Origin: a virus | Taxonomy: Duplodnaviria > Caudoviricetes | IMG/VR virus record: IMGVR_UViG_3300037751_000127 | Span: 1 to 57,185 of that record | Strand: one strand, 5' to 3' | DNA length: 57,185 nt | Part shown: positions 1-9,438 of the stretch, piece by piece | How positions within the stretch are numbered: position 1 is the stretch's first letter | Layout of the letters: every line of letters begins with the position of its first letter | Translations under genes and position numbers: made by a program | Notes under the pieces: generated by a model | Databases searched by the model: none | Told to the model about the DNA's origin: nothing | What the model saw: the letters and a program-made list of their open reading frames with translations, nothing else

Positions 1-117
1 GATGTTCCTTGACTTTCATGGAAAGGATGGTATGGTTGGGAACATGAGAGATGATGTGGTAGGTGAAGGGCATGGGAAGGGCGAGGGGCCAGGAGGGCGA
101 GGGCAGTGGAAAGGGGG
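1..117. repeat. 117-bp inverted repeat, copy A (reverse complement of 54449-54565)
   Basis: Exact reverse-complement match read base by base; ORFs 2..418 and 54178..54645 share the peptide MFLDFHGKDG...GQWKGG. Confidence 0.95.
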
Positions 118-157
118 ACATGAATGCTCGGACCCGCAGTGCATCGGCGGGACGATA

Positions 158-418
158 ATGCTCGACCTCAATGACGAGGCCGACTTCCACAAGGCCGTCA
201 GCGTTGTCGAGTCGAACATCATGAACGCGTCGCTCGCGGCGCATCGAGCATTACGGGACGGGCGGGAGGAAGAGGCGGACCGCTGCCTCGACGAGTTGAT
301 CGCTCATATCGAGAGCGCTACCCCCGCCCTACTGCCACCAGTCCTGGCCTCGATCGCTGACGCGGCTGCCGGCATGTATCTACGGATCGCCGAACTCGAA
401 GGGGAGGGCGAGGCATGA
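158..418 (+). CDS. hypothetical protein
   Basis: ATG at 158 (MLDLNDEADF); stop overlaps the next start (ATGA). Confidence 0.6.
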   Translation: MLDLNDEADFHKAVSVVESNIMNASLAAHRALRDGREEEADRCLDELIAHIESATPALLPPVLASIADAAAGMYLRIAELEGEGEA

Positions 419-663
419 CGAAGCGGAATCCGACAGGCGCGCATCCGTTGGTCGCCGAACTTCGCGAGCTGCGCCTCCGAGCCGGCATGTCGATGAGCGA
501 CGCGGCGCGGAAGGCCGGCATGCACGTGTCGACGATCTCGGAGATGGAGGCAGGGCATTACTGGCCGACGCTGAAGTCTCTGGAGTTGTACGCGTCAGCG
601 GTGGACGTGAAGTTGGCACTGGTCGGCGGGGAGGTGGGAGATGATATCGACACTGGTCACTGA
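415..663 (+). CDS. XRE-family HTH DNA-binding protein
   Basis: LRELRLRAGMSMSDAARKAGMHVSTISEMEAG is a typical Cro/C1 HTH. Confidence 0.85.
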   Translation: MTKRNPTGAHPLVAELRELRLRAGMSMSDAARKAGMHVSTISEMEAGHYWPTLKSLELYASAVDVKLALVGGEVGDDIDTGH

Positions 664-970
664 CGACTTCGCTGACGATGAGCGGCGCGATGCCACAGCT
701 TCCCGCCCGAGGGCATTGGTGCGGACGCAGATTGAATCGCTGCCGCTGTGGAAGACTCGGCTGAGGGTCGTCATCACCCATACGAATCCCGACGCCGCTT
801 ACGTCGAGACCTATGAGGGTCCGCTCGGCAATATCGCCTCGTACGGCAATTCGGTGTTTCGAATCTGTATCGGCGGCGACGGTAGGCATGGGGACGGCAA
901 GTGGATCAATCTACTTCGCCCGGCCTTGCTCGCGCACTACAAGATCAGTGTCTTCGAGGTGGTGACCTGA
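641..970 (+). CDS. hypothetical protein
   Basis: RBS GGAGGT/GGAG; tight operon packing. Confidence 0.55.
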   Translation: MISTLVTDDFADDERRDATASRPRALVRTQIESLPLWKTRLRVVITHTNPDAAYVETYEGPLGNIASYGNSVFRICIGGDGRHGDGKWINLLRPALLAHYKISVFEVVT

Positions 971-1258
971 TGTACATGATGATCGGGGTTGCCTGTTTCG
1001 GCCTCGGCTTTCTGCTGTCATTGAATCGCAGGTACATGCCTGCGGCTGTGGCGTTGCTGCTGCTCGGGGTTGCTCTCGGGTATGCGCAGCTCTCATCCCA
1101 GCCGTAGACCACTCTTGGAATATGTGGTACATTTAGGCAATGACGATGAGCGTGGAAGAACGCCTGGAGATCGAACTCGACAAGCGTCGAGAGCACTACT
1201 ACGAGGATCTGTCGTGGGCCGGCGACGACGAGTTCGATCTCCAGGAAGAGGATGGCGA

Positions 1259-1543
1259 GTGAGCGCCTTCAGTGATACCGAGAAGCACGTGGCCAAGGTC
1301 ATCGTCGCAGGCATGAAAGCCGGCCTCAGCGAGGCCAGGAGCCTCGAACGGGCAGGGATGCTACTCACCCCTGCGCACAAGCTGTCCATCGCCTCCACGG
1401 CCCTCCTGGACGTCGCTAACCTGCTCAAGGAGACGCCGATAGCCACCATCGTCCCCAAAGGGGTCCCCATGACCCCCCACGAGATCAAGCGCTACGTGGC
1501 CATCTGGATCGAAGACATCGTCGAGCAAAACAAGGAGAAATGA
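1259..1543 (+). CDS. hypothetical protein
   Basis: GTG start inside ORF 1070..1543 after a GAGG RBS. Confidence 0.55.
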   Translation: MSAFSDTEKHVAKVIVAGMKAGLSEARSLERAGMLLTPAHKLSIASTALLDVANLLKETPIATIVPKGVPMTPHEIKRYVAIWIEDIVEQNKEK

Positions 1544-1687
1544 TGGACAAGCCCTTCGTCCCCGGTCGAGGCGTTCAGATCTGCCCCACATGCTGGGGTG
1601 CTGGCTTCTACAACTACCTGGCCGAGATCATCGACTGCGAAAACTGCGACGGCGCAGGCACCATCAACCTGAACTCGGAGGAATGAC

Positions 1688-1897
1688 ATGCTCGCCCTCA
1701 CCGCAACACCTCACGCCGACCCCCACTTCCTCGAACGCACATTCCATGACGTCGCCCGCGAACTCGGCTACCCCGCGCTGGACCGGAGCGTCATCGACCT
1801 GTCCGAGCCGCCACCGTGGGACCTGTATGCACGGCCGCTCAGCGAGATCCTGGCGATCGTGTCCCCGACAAGCTTCATGCAGACCCTGGAGGACTAG
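1688..1897 (+). CDS. hypothetical protein
   Basis: GGAGG RBS; stop overlaps the next GTG. Confidence 0.55.
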   Translation: MLALTATPHADPHFLERTFHDVARELGYPALDRSVIDLSEPPPWDLYARPLSEILAIVSPTSFMQTLED

Positions 1898-2124
1898 TGA
1901 AGCAGAGCAGCGGGGCGTTCCACCCCGATGTCCTCGCCATCATCCGCGAACTGAAGGCGTACCGGATAGCCATGGGCATCTCGATCCGGGAGCTGTCGAA
2001 ACGCGCGAACGTCGGCACGTTCGCGTTGATGCGCTGGGAAGGCGAGCACCGCCAGCCTGACACACTGAACCTGGACATCTGGGCTGCGTCGCTCGGATAC
2101 AAGCTGAGGATCACGATCGAATGA
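1897..2124 (+). CDS. XRE-family HTH DNA-binding protein
   Basis: LKAYRIAMGISIRELSKRANVGTFALMRWEG...QP. Confidence 0.8.
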   Translation: MKQSSGAFHPDVLAIIRELKAYRIAMGISIRELSKRANVGTFALMRWEGEHRQPDTLNLDIWAASLGYKLRITIE

Positions 2125-2257
2125 ACGAGCTGCTCGACATGATCAATCATCCGTTCATCGCGGGGATCCTCATCGGCTTCGGGGTGGCCATCCTTGCCAT
2201 GCTCGGGGTCTGGTGGATTGACAAGATCGTCTATTATCACTGGAGAGGAAGGCGTAG

Positions 2258-3352
2258 ATGAGCAACGTCAGCGCCAAGACCGAACATCTCGTACGGGCTG
2301 CCGTCAAGGGCATCCTGGGTAATCCGCAGTCCTGGGATCAGGAGTACTGGGTCAAGACTCCCGACGATTGCCGGGCTGTCGGAGATCCGGTTCCCGTGTG
2401 CGGTACCACATACTGCCTCGGCGGCTGGATGATGCTCTATGACGGCTGGAAGCATTCTTCGATGGGGCACACTTCCCACATGTGGACCAAGGGGGACATG
2501 GCCGTCACGGATCCTTTCCAGGGCTACCTGAACTCCCTGTTCGAGCAGTACGAGGGCATGCGTTCCAGTGGCGACACGATCTTCGATGGCGGCATCGGCA
2601 CCCTGAGTGAGCTGATCGACAGGATCACGGACGATCTGGAGATCAACTTCAACGAGGACTGCCCGTGCCTCACCGAAAACGAGTCCTGCATCCTTGCCGG
2701 CTGCCCCTGTGGCCAGCATGTTCTGACTCCCGATTCAGCTCCGGAGTGGAACCCGGAGAGTCCCGATCATGCACTGTTCAAGGTCGTCGAGGCGTTCGTC
2801 ACCAGAGCGCAGGAGGACGGCGACCGGATTACCGCACGTCAGGTAATCGGCGACCGGATCCTGATGCAGGCGTTCACCGAGGCGTACACGGCAGGGCACC
2901 AGTCGCTGGTTGAGACGGTCACGGAGAAGGCCGATCGTCGCATCCAGGAAGCCCGCATGGGTATGGCCGCATCTGACGGGACGTATCAGATCCTCAAGAA
3001 TGAGAACGAGAGGCTTCGCCAGCAGGTAGGCATGCTGAACGATCAGGGTTCGGTCATCCGTAAGCTTCGAGGTCAGATCGATGACCTGAAGTCGGGGGTC
3101 CGACAGGATCCGGCAGTCGCCAAGATCAAGGCGAAGCACGCACGTGCACAAGAAAGCATTCAGGCACTCACCCTGAATGTCGCCGACCTGACCAATCGCC
3201 TCAGAAGTGCCAGTAATGAACTGATGGTGCAGAAGCGGGCCGTTGTAGAAATCCACGGGAAGCTTTTCGGTGCGCGCCAGGATGGCTTCGTGAAGGCTGT
3301 CAACGCCTGGCAGAAGGCACTCGACGTGATCAAGAAGGAAGAGAATCTCTGA
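2258..3352 (+). CDS. hypothetical protein, N-terminal WDQ..W..CGTTxCxxG domain plus C-terminal coiled coil
   Basis: 364 aa; motif shared with 37865..38230. Confidence 0.7.
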   Translation: MSNVSAKTEHLVRAAVKGILGNPQSWDQEYWVKTPDDCRAVGDPVPVCGTTYCLGGWMMLYDGWKHSSMGHTSHMWTKGDMAVTDPFQGYLNSLFEQYEGMRSSGDTIFDGGIGTLSELIDRITDDLEINFNEDCPCLTENESCILAGCPCGQHVLTPDSAPEWNPESPDHALFKVVEAFVTRAQEDGDRITARQVIGDRILMQAFTEAYTAGHQSLVETVTEKADRRIQEARMGMAASDGTYQILKNENERLRQQVGMLNDQGSVIRKLRGQIDDLKSGVRQDPAVAKIKAKHARAQESIQALTLNVADLTNRLRSASNELMVQKRAVVEIHGKLFGARQDGFVKAVNAWQKALDVIKKEENL

Positions 3353-3654
3353 TGGAAGAACCGCAACGCAGCCAGATCCTGGACTCGTACAAGGTCCTCA
3401 ATGCTCAGTTCGATCAGTCCGTAGAGCGGGCGCGCGCTGATCTTCAGGCAGGTCGGCCACTCGAAGATCTCCTTGTCGGCGGGGCTGCCGAGTTCGCGAC
3501 GGGAAGCAGCATCGAGGCGCTCGCCGCCGTCGTCGTCTGCCGGCTGCTCAAGGAGGCGCGCAAGCCTGTCCCGAAGCCTCGCAGGAAGACCAATGTCGTC
3601 GCGAACCGTCGAACGGTGAAGTCCCTGACCCGGGAGGTGCCCGATGCTGCATGA
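3352..3654 (+). CDS. hypothetical protein
   Basis: TGATG coupling to the upstream gene. Confidence 0.6.
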   Translation: MEEPQRSQILDSYKVLNAQFDQSVERARADLQAGRPLEDLLVGGAAEFATGSSIEALAAVVVCRLLKEARKPVPKPRRKTNVVANRRTVKSLTREVPDAA

Positions 3655-3913
3655 CTGGTTCCCCGACGCGCCGCTGTGGGTGCCGGTCACGGCGATGATC
3701 CTTGACGGCCTGGTCCTTCTCATCATCGCGGCATGCCTGGTCGGTAGCCCTCTCGATGCTTGGCGTCGCCGGCATGACCGCACTCAGGCTGACCTTCAGT
3801 ATGTTGACCTGAAGCGTTTTCAGGGCATCCAGGCCGACCTGTTGACGGCACCGGCGAAGCAGGGTGTCACGGCTGAGCTGAAGCGCGTATCGAAGCATGG
3901 CAAGGATGGCTGA
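3644..3913 (+). CDS. membrane protein
   Basis: Hydrophobic N-terminal helix; GGAGGT RBS. Confidence 0.55.
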   Translation: MLHDWFPDAPLWVPVTAMILDGLVLLIIAACLVGSPLDAWRRRHDRTQADLQYVDLKRFQGIQADLLTAPAKQGVTAELKRVSKHGKDG

Positions 3914-4042
3914 GCGCAGCTTCGAGGATCAGGTGATCCGCGAAGCGGTGATCTTGAAGGCCCGAAGGCTGGCGCGGCTTCGGGCACGCAAGGTAAGAGT
4001 TTCGATAGCACTCAAGTACCGACTGGGATGGGGACCTAAGAG

Positions 4043-4585
4043 ATGAACATTGAGATCAAGATCGACGAGCTTACGGTAGACACGATCATCGCCAAAACCT
4101 TCGAGCGCGATGAGGACGGCGACATCATCGGTGAGGCGGGGGTCCGTCTCGGTGACGCGATCCTCGATCGCCTGACCACGGAGATCAAGAGGGGTGAGGG
4201 GAGCTACTTCAATCCCGATCTGCGCAGCCGGATCAAGCAGATCCGTGATGAGGAGATCCGCTCGGCTGTGCTTGACGAGATCACGGCTGCGCTGACGGTA
4301 CCGATCCAGGCGACGAACGGCTTCGGCGAGCGCACGGGTGCCCCGACAACCCTGCGGGAGATGATCTTCAAGGAGGCTCAGAAGGCTCTCGGAACTACCG
4401 ACAACCGGAATCAGTACAACAGATCACTGATCGAGAAGGTCATCGACGACGAGATTCGGAAGGCTCTGACCGCTGAGATCAAGCCCATCCTGGACAAGGC
4501 GAAATCTGACGTCAAGGTCGCGGCCGATCGCATCGCCTCGGAGCTGCTTGCTCAGGTGGCCCTGAAGGTCAGTGGCGGCAAGTAG
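4043..4585 (+). CDS. hypothetical protein
   Basis: 180 aa helical ORF with phage-like codon use. Confidence 0.7.
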   Translation: MNIEIKIDELTVDTIIAKTFERDEDGDIIGEAGVRLGDAILDRLTTEIKRGEGSYFNPDLRSRIKQIRDEEIRSAVLDEITAALTVPIQATNGFGERTGAPTTLREMIFKEAQKALGTTDNRNQYNRSLIEKVIDDEIRKALTAEIKPILDKAKSDVKVAADRIASELLAQVALKVSGGK

Positions 4586-4729
4586 TGGACGAGTTCGAGC
4601 AGCTCAAGAAGGAAGTGCGGGACCTGAGGGTGAATGTGAAGATCCTGCAAATCCAAGCCGTGGTCCTCACTGTCGGTCTCGGCTTCGCCGGCCTGGACCT
4701 ACTGTTGTTCAGGTAGGCACCGATGTACT

Positions 4730-4762
4730 GAAGGGCCAGGAGATCTAATCTCCTGGCCCTTC
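4730..4762. terminator. intrinsic terminator-like hairpin
   Basis: GAAGGGCCAGGAGAT-ctA-ATCTCCTGGCCCTTC. Confidence 0.7.
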
Positions 4763-4850
4763 GTGGTGTGCAGGTCGGCACCGATGCCCTGTGACTACCA
4801 GCGCCTTCCGCGAACTGAAGTATATCATCTGATCAATCTTCTTGGAAGAC

Positions 4851-4879
4851 TTGGCACACATGAGAAGTGATGGTATAGT
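4851..4879 (+). promoter_or_regulatory. sigma70/HrdB-type promoter
   Basis: TTGGCA-17 bp-TATAGT with extended -10 TGn, just before ATG 4886. Confidence 0.65.
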
Positions 4880-4885
4880 TCTGGC

Positions 4886-5137
4886 ATGGATAAGTTAAGC
4901 GCCCTCGCGGCCCTCGGAGTAGGGGCAGCCCTCACGTTCCATGCCTACAAGCCCGAGATCCTAGCCTGCGCTGATCGGGTAGACGCAAAGCTTCTCGACC
5001 TGCTGAAGGCACTGAAGCCATACATCTACCGCAGTAGGCACGGCAAGCGAGGACTGCGTCGAGGTAAGCACTACGTGCAGCCCGGCGAAACCTTCTACCG
5101 TTACGACTCTGAAGGCATGGAGGTGACCTGGATATGA
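4886..5137 (+). CDS. hypothetical protein (probably leaderless)
   Basis: ATG 6 nt after the -10 box. Confidence 0.6.
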   Translation: MDKLSALAALGVGAALTFHAYKPEILACADRVDAKLLDLLKALKPYIYRSRHGKRGLRRGKHYVQPGETFYRYDSEGMEVTWI

Positions 5138-5340
5138 GCCCGATTAAGCGTCGGCTCCGGCATCCACGCGAAGACGACTGGGAAAGCGCGGTAGTGCAGA
5201 ACATCAACATCCTGCATGACTCCATCGATTTGATAGATCGGCAGCTCGGGGTGATCATGGACGCCTACGCGAGCATCGAGGTCGAGCAGGGACGGCTGGC
5301 CAACTGCATTCGTGAACTGAAGCTCAAGGTGAAGCGATGA
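5134..5340 (+). CDS. hypothetical protein
   Basis: ATGA overlaps at both ends. Confidence 0.6.
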   Translation: MSPIKRRLRHPREDDWESAVVQNINILHDSIDLIDRQLGVIMDAYASIEVEQGRLANCIRELKLKVKR

Positions 5341-5657
5341 AACGGACCGCCTCGATCACCATCGGCGTCATCCTTGCGGGCCTACTCGCGGCCTGTGGAG
5401 ACGAAGGTGAAAGCAGCGACTACACGGAAGTCTGCGTAGACCGGGCCATGACAGTACTTCCCGAGGATCAGTGCGACGATGACGACGATCGGGCGAACGG
5501 TCACAGCTTCATCTACATACCGGGAAGTGCTCACGTGCCAGCTCACGGAAGCCGGTATAACGGCGGGGCGTACACGACAGTGAAGCCGACGTCTGGGACT
5601 ATCGGCAGGGTGCCGAGTTCTGGCGGATTCGGAACTCACGCAGGGACAGGATCGTGA
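5337..5657 (+). CDS. small lipoprotein
   Basis: Signal peptide with lipobox LAAC; Gly-rich GGFG tail. Confidence 0.65.
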   Translation: MKRTASITIGVILAGLLAACGDEGESSDYTEVCVDRAMTVLPEDQCDDDDDRANGHSFIYIPGSAHVPAHGSRYNGGAYTTVKPTSGTIGRVPSSGGFGTHAGTGS

Positions 5658-5911
5658 AACGCTTCGACAACAAGCAGTTCTACCTGGATATGGATCGCAT
5701 CCGTGACGGCTGGGGCATCTCGTGGCAGCAGGCGGCTCGGGAGTCGGAGGTGTCGATCTCGACGATCGAACGCATTCGCTCCGGTCAAGGCTTCCACGTC
5801 GAGTCGCTGATGCTACTCGCGGAGTTCTTCGAGCTGTGGGATCTGAAGAGATATCAGATGAAAGGTGGCGGACATGGATCTGGAGCAGATCGGGGACAGG
5901 CTCCGAGCTGA
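5654..5911 (+). CDS. XRE-family HTH protein
   Basis: GISWQQAARESEVSISTIERIRSG. Confidence 0.75.
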   Translation: MKRFDNKQFYLDMDRIRDGWGISWQQAARESEVSISTIERIRSGQGFHVESLMLLAEFFELWDLKRYQMKGGGHGSGADRGQAPS

Positions 5912-6107
5912 GCGCGAATTTCGGGGCTGGACCGGTGATCGAGTTGTCGAAGAACTCGACTTCCCGCGCAGGGTGACGCCACGGGCGATCATGTGTGCCG
6001 AACCTGCCGAGCCCGACAGGTATCCGAGCCTGCGGATCATCATGAAGCTTCTGGACATTTACGGCCTGGAGCTGGCGATCGTCCGCAAGGGCGACGATGG
6101 TCAATGA
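5865..6107 (+). CDS. XRE-like HTH protein
   Basis: IGDRLRAEREFRGWT...PSLRIIMKLLDIYG. Confidence 0.6.
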   Translation: MADMDLEQIGDRLRAEREFRGWTGDRVVEELDFPRRVTPRAIMCAEPAEPDRYPSLRIIMKLLDIYGLELAIVRKGDDGQ

Positions 6108-6224
6108 CCTTGTCACGATTCTGCTGTGCGTGATTGCGCTGATGGTCCTGGCTGACTACTCACGCAGGCCACCGAAAGGCAAGGAGAAGGTGATGGACGA
6201 TGAAGAGACCTAAGGAGGAATGAC

Positions 6225-6545
6225 ATGTACGTTGAGCAGTTCCATTACGCAGAGACGAGCCCGTACGTCGCGGCCGTTCAATGGGACGGAGTCAACCGGG
6301 AGCCGATCACCGAGTTCGTCAGGCTCGTCTACATCGAGCAGATGGGTGCGAACTACTGCGATCCGACGAACGCCTTTCGCTTCACCGCTGACGACGGGGA
6401 CGGCGACCATAACAACATGGTCATCTTCGAGCAGGGCGAGGAGGTCGAGGTCGATGACTGGGTCGTCTGTGTCGGCGATGATATCGATCAGTGGCTTGAG
6501 GTCATGCGAGACGAGGTCTTCAAGCGCCGATTCAGGAGGCTCTGA
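6225..6545 (+). CDS. phage protein, divergent relative of 42428..42829
   Basis: AVQWDG..N...DDWVV...F motif; AAGGAGG RBS. Confidence 0.6.
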   Translation: MYVEQFHYAETSPYVAAVQWDGVNREPITEFVRLVYIEQMGANYCDPTNAFRFTADDGDGDHNNMVIFEQGEEVEVDDWVVCVGDDIDQWLEVMRDEVFKRRFRRL

Positions 6546-6575
6546 ACTGTCAGATCTTCCTGAGATAATCAAGTC

Positions 6576-6851
6576 ATGCCGTGGGATGAGCAGGGAAATC
6601 TGAGGTGCAGCAATGCGGGGCTGTATGAGTGCCAGGATTTTCCTGGACGAGGTAGTGAACTGGTCACCGACGCCCGAGCAAGGCTTCACGGATGGAAGAT
6701 CTGGCAAGGCGAGGCAATGTGCCCCGTCTGCGCGAAGCCTGCGAGAACTTCAAGAACTTCGGGAACTCTGGAGCAGGATGAGCTGCCCGGGATGGCATTT
6801 CCTGTCGTACCAAAGAAGAAGGCCGGCAAGAAGCGGCGAGAACACAGTTAA
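6576..6851 (+). CDS. small Cys-rich hypothetical protein
   Basis: C..C and CPVC motifs. Confidence 0.55.
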   Translation: MPWDEQGNLRCSNAGLYECQDFPGRGSELVTDARARLHGWKIWQGEAMCPVCAKPARTSRTSGTLEQDELPGMAFPVVPKKKAGKKRREHS

Positions 6852-6863
6852 GGAGAACATCGC

Positions 6864-7268
6864 ATGAGTCGTGTACGCATCGGTGAGGAAACAAGTGACT
6901 GGGTTCCACTCTCGGAGACAGTCGATCTCGGCAAGTCGGGGCTTTCGCAGCTCCTGGCTCGCTACGACGAGATCAACGAGCGGATCATTCCGGAACTCGT
7001 CGAGGAACGGGATGCGATCAAGGCGCTGATGAAGCAGTTCGGCACGGACTACATCATCGCGGTCAACGGCGTCGAGACGTATCGGGTTCGCCAGGATGGG
7101 CAGCTCAAGACTCGGGAGTTCGCGAAGGCGTATCCCGGATATGCCAAGGACTGTACGGTCATCAAGGAGCGTGAGGTCATTGATCCCACCCTTGTTCGGC
7201 AGGTCATGGGCGATGTGGTTTGGAAGCAGTTCCTGACCCAGAAGATCGAGAAGATCAACAAGAAGTAA
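6864..7268 (+). CDS. hypothetical protein
   Basis: AAGGAG RBS; 134 aa. Confidence 0.65.
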   Translation: MSRVRIGEETSDWVPLSETVDLGKSGLSQLLARYDEINERIIPELVEERDAIKALMKQFGTDYIIAVNGVETYRVRQDGQLKTREFAKAYPGYAKDCTVIKEREVIDPTLVRQVMGDVVWKQFLTQKIEKINKK

Positions 7269-7312
7269 CACCAGCAATATCACATATCCCCGCACACATG
7301 TAAGGAACGATC

Positions 7313-8194
7313 ATGACCAAGCCCCACACTCCTGAGCCCGTCGCGCTCCTGGAGGTCATTGACGCCGATCTGGCCCGGATGATGCTGACAATGAACCGGC
7401 CCCACGAAGCCGGCGTCGCAGGCACGAACCGGAAGGTCCGGCAGGCGCAGGTCGACAAGATCGCCGGCGACATCCTTGCCGGTGACTGGATCCTCAACAA
7501 CCAGGCTATCGGCATCGGCAGTGACGACGTTCTCGTCGACGGCCAGCACCGCCTCCTCGCCCTGCTCAAGGCGGCCGAAACGGATCCTGAGGTGACCATC
7601 GAGTCCTGGGTCATGTGGAACCTGAACCCGAAGGCCATGACCACCGTCGACATCGGCAAGAACCGGGTCGGCAAGGACTTCCTGGCAATGATCGGCGTCG
7701 CGAACGGTTCGCAGATCGCATCGGCTCTGCGGCTCGTCTACGCCTACGACACGATTCAGCCCTACAGCTATCAGGCGTGGAAGCGGGCGCAGTTTAGTGC
7801 GACGAAGCTTCAGGAGCTTGCCGTTGAGCACGCGGACCTGGTCAACAACTACTACACGGGTCATGGCGCGGCGAGATTGCTGACCCCGGCATCCGTGGCT
7901 GCCGGACTGTATCTGATCCGCCGCGACCGGCCTGATCTCGTGGAGCTGCTTCCCCGCTTCTTGGAGCCGCTGAAGACCGGGGAAAACCTTGTCAAGGGGT
8001 CCCCAATTCTGGCGCTGCGAGAGTGGGCGAAGAACGCCTTGAGTCAGAAGCGTCGCCGTGACGGCGTCACGATGCTCGTACTGTTCCTGCGGGCCTTCAA
8101 TCACTGGGTTGAGGACAACAAGATCAAGTCGATGCGGTTCAGTGAGGATGAGCCGTTCGCCGGCCTGACGAAGAAGGAGTTCTACCAGCGATGA
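7313..8194 (+). CDS. ParB-N-like domain protein
   Basis: LVDGQHRLLA motif with upstream NRKVR. Confidence 0.7.
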   Translation: MTKPHTPEPVALLEVIDADLARMMLTMNRPHEAGVAGTNRKVRQAQVDKIAGDILAGDWILNNQAIGIGSDDVLVDGQHRLLALLKAAETDPEVTIESWVMWNLNPKAMTTVDIGKNRVGKDFLAMIGVANGSQIASALRLVYAYDTIQPYSYQAWKRAQFSATKLQELAVEHADLVNNYYTGHGAARLLTPASVAAGLYLIRRDRPDLVELLPRFLEPLKTGENLVKGSPILALREWAKNALSQKRRRDGVTMLVLFLRAFNHWVEDNKIKSMRFSEDEPFAGLTKKEFYQR

Positions 8195-8655
8195 AGAGTG
8201 GCATCGAGATCACAATGAAGCAGGTCCTCGATCTGATGTGCCAGATCGTCGGGGAGTATGGCATCGACTACCAGTACGAGCCTCCGGTCGGCATCGACTA
8301 CCAGTACGAGCCTCCGGTCGGCGGCAACTGCGTGAACTGGGATCGCGCAGGGGATTGCCCCTCTTGCCTGATTGGGCACATCATGTTCCGGCTCGGGGTA
8401 CCCAAGGACTTCCTGTCGCCCAACGCCAGCCTCGATGCCGGGCCTCTACTCGACGGGATTGCCGTGCATTTCGGTGCCACCTGGGAGGACGGGGTCTCTG
8501 AAGTTCTCCAGGAGGCCCAGCTTATGCAGGATGCCGGCAGGAGATGGGGTGAAGCGTTGAGGGTGGCACTGATCGTGCATGCCGAGATCGTGGCGAAGCG
8601 TTTTGCGAAGGAAGCCGGAACTCCTAAGGTGCTGATCGTCGAAGGGGAGGTGTGA
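8191..8655 (+). CDS. hypothetical protein with internal 10-aa duplication
   Basis: GIDYQYEPPV x2; PSCLIGH motif. Confidence 0.7.
   Translation: MKSGIEITMKQVLDLMCQIVGEYGIDYQYEPPVGIDYQYEPPVGGNCVNWDRAGDCPSCLIGHIMFRLGVPKDFLSPNASLDAGPLLDGIAVHFGATWEDGVSEVLQEAQLMQDAGRRWGEALRVALIVHAEIVAKRFAKEAGTPKVLIVEGEV
8260..8322 (+). repeat. 30-bp perfect tandem duplication
   Basis: GGCATCGACTACCAGTACGAGCCTCCGGTC x2, followed by GGC. Confidence 0.95.
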
Positions 8656-8915
8656 TGTCATATTCGACAGGCGAGTTCCGGGACCTGCTCGACGCCATCC
8701 TGCCGGCGGAAACGTTCCGTGAGGGGGGTGCGGGTTCAGGGAAGGCCGTCTGGCTACATTCGGGCAATCTGTGGATCTTGGGGTACGAGGCCGAGATCAG
8801 TGCCGTCCGGGTTGTCAATGTCAAGGACGGGATGAATCTCGTCGATGCCACCCTGTTCCGGGACGGCGTCGGGAACATTGAGGCCCTCCTGAAGGCCATT
8901 GGGGCATTGTCGTAG
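8652..8915 (+). CDS. hypothetical protein
   Basis: GGAGG RBS; coupled to the upstream gene. Confidence 0.6.
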   Translation: MMSYSTGEFRDLLDAILPAETFREGGAGSGKAVWLHSGNLWILGYEAEISAVRVVNVKDGMNLVDATLFRDGVGNIEALLKAIGALS

Positions 8916-8935
8916 CAGTGCCCTAGGGTGCGGGG

Positions 8936-9391
8936 ATGCTGAATTTCAGAGTTTACGGTGTCCCCGCCCCTCAGGGCAGTAAGAAGGGCTTCGTCGTCAA
9001 CGGCAGGGTCAACATGGTCGAGCAGTCACATAAGAAGCTGAAGCCGTGGCGCGAGGAAATCTCGGATGCCGGGGCTAGGGTGATGGACGGCCGCGACCCT
9101 CTTGACGGTCCGCTGTTCGTGAACATCACGTTCTTCATGAAGCGTCCCGCGAAGCCGAAGTTCACGGACTACCCGGCCGTATTTCCCGACGTTGACAAGA
9201 TTACCAGGAGCGTCTTAGACGCATTGAAGATGGCCGGTGTCATCGTCGATGACGCCAGGGTCGTAGCCTGCATGGCAACCAAGGTTTTCGCCGCGACCCC
9301 GGAAGAGCAGGGAGCCATGATCACGGTAGGTCCCATCTCGGAGATCAATCACTGGCTGTCCTACAATGGCCATTCGTACAATGTTGGCTAG
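8936..9391 (+). CDS. rusA: RusA-like Holliday junction resolvase
   Basis: GVPAPQGSK...PDVDKITRSVLDAL...DDARVV catalytic pattern. Confidence 0.85.
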   Translation: MLNFRVYGVPAPQGSKKGFVVNGRVNMVEQSHKKLKPWREEISDAGARVMDGRDPLDGPLFVNITFFMKRPAKPKFTDYPAVFPDVDKITRSVLDALKMAGVIVDDARVVACMATKVFAATPEEQGAMITVGPISEINHWLSYNGHSYNVG

Positions 9392-9438
9392 CTGATCATA
9401 TTGAGGTATGCTGGAAAAAGAGGAAAGGAGGGAACACC

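Noticed and set aside
2-157. N-terminal part of ORF 2..418
   Set aside because: It derives from the duplicated 117-bp segment; the plausible start is ATG 158.
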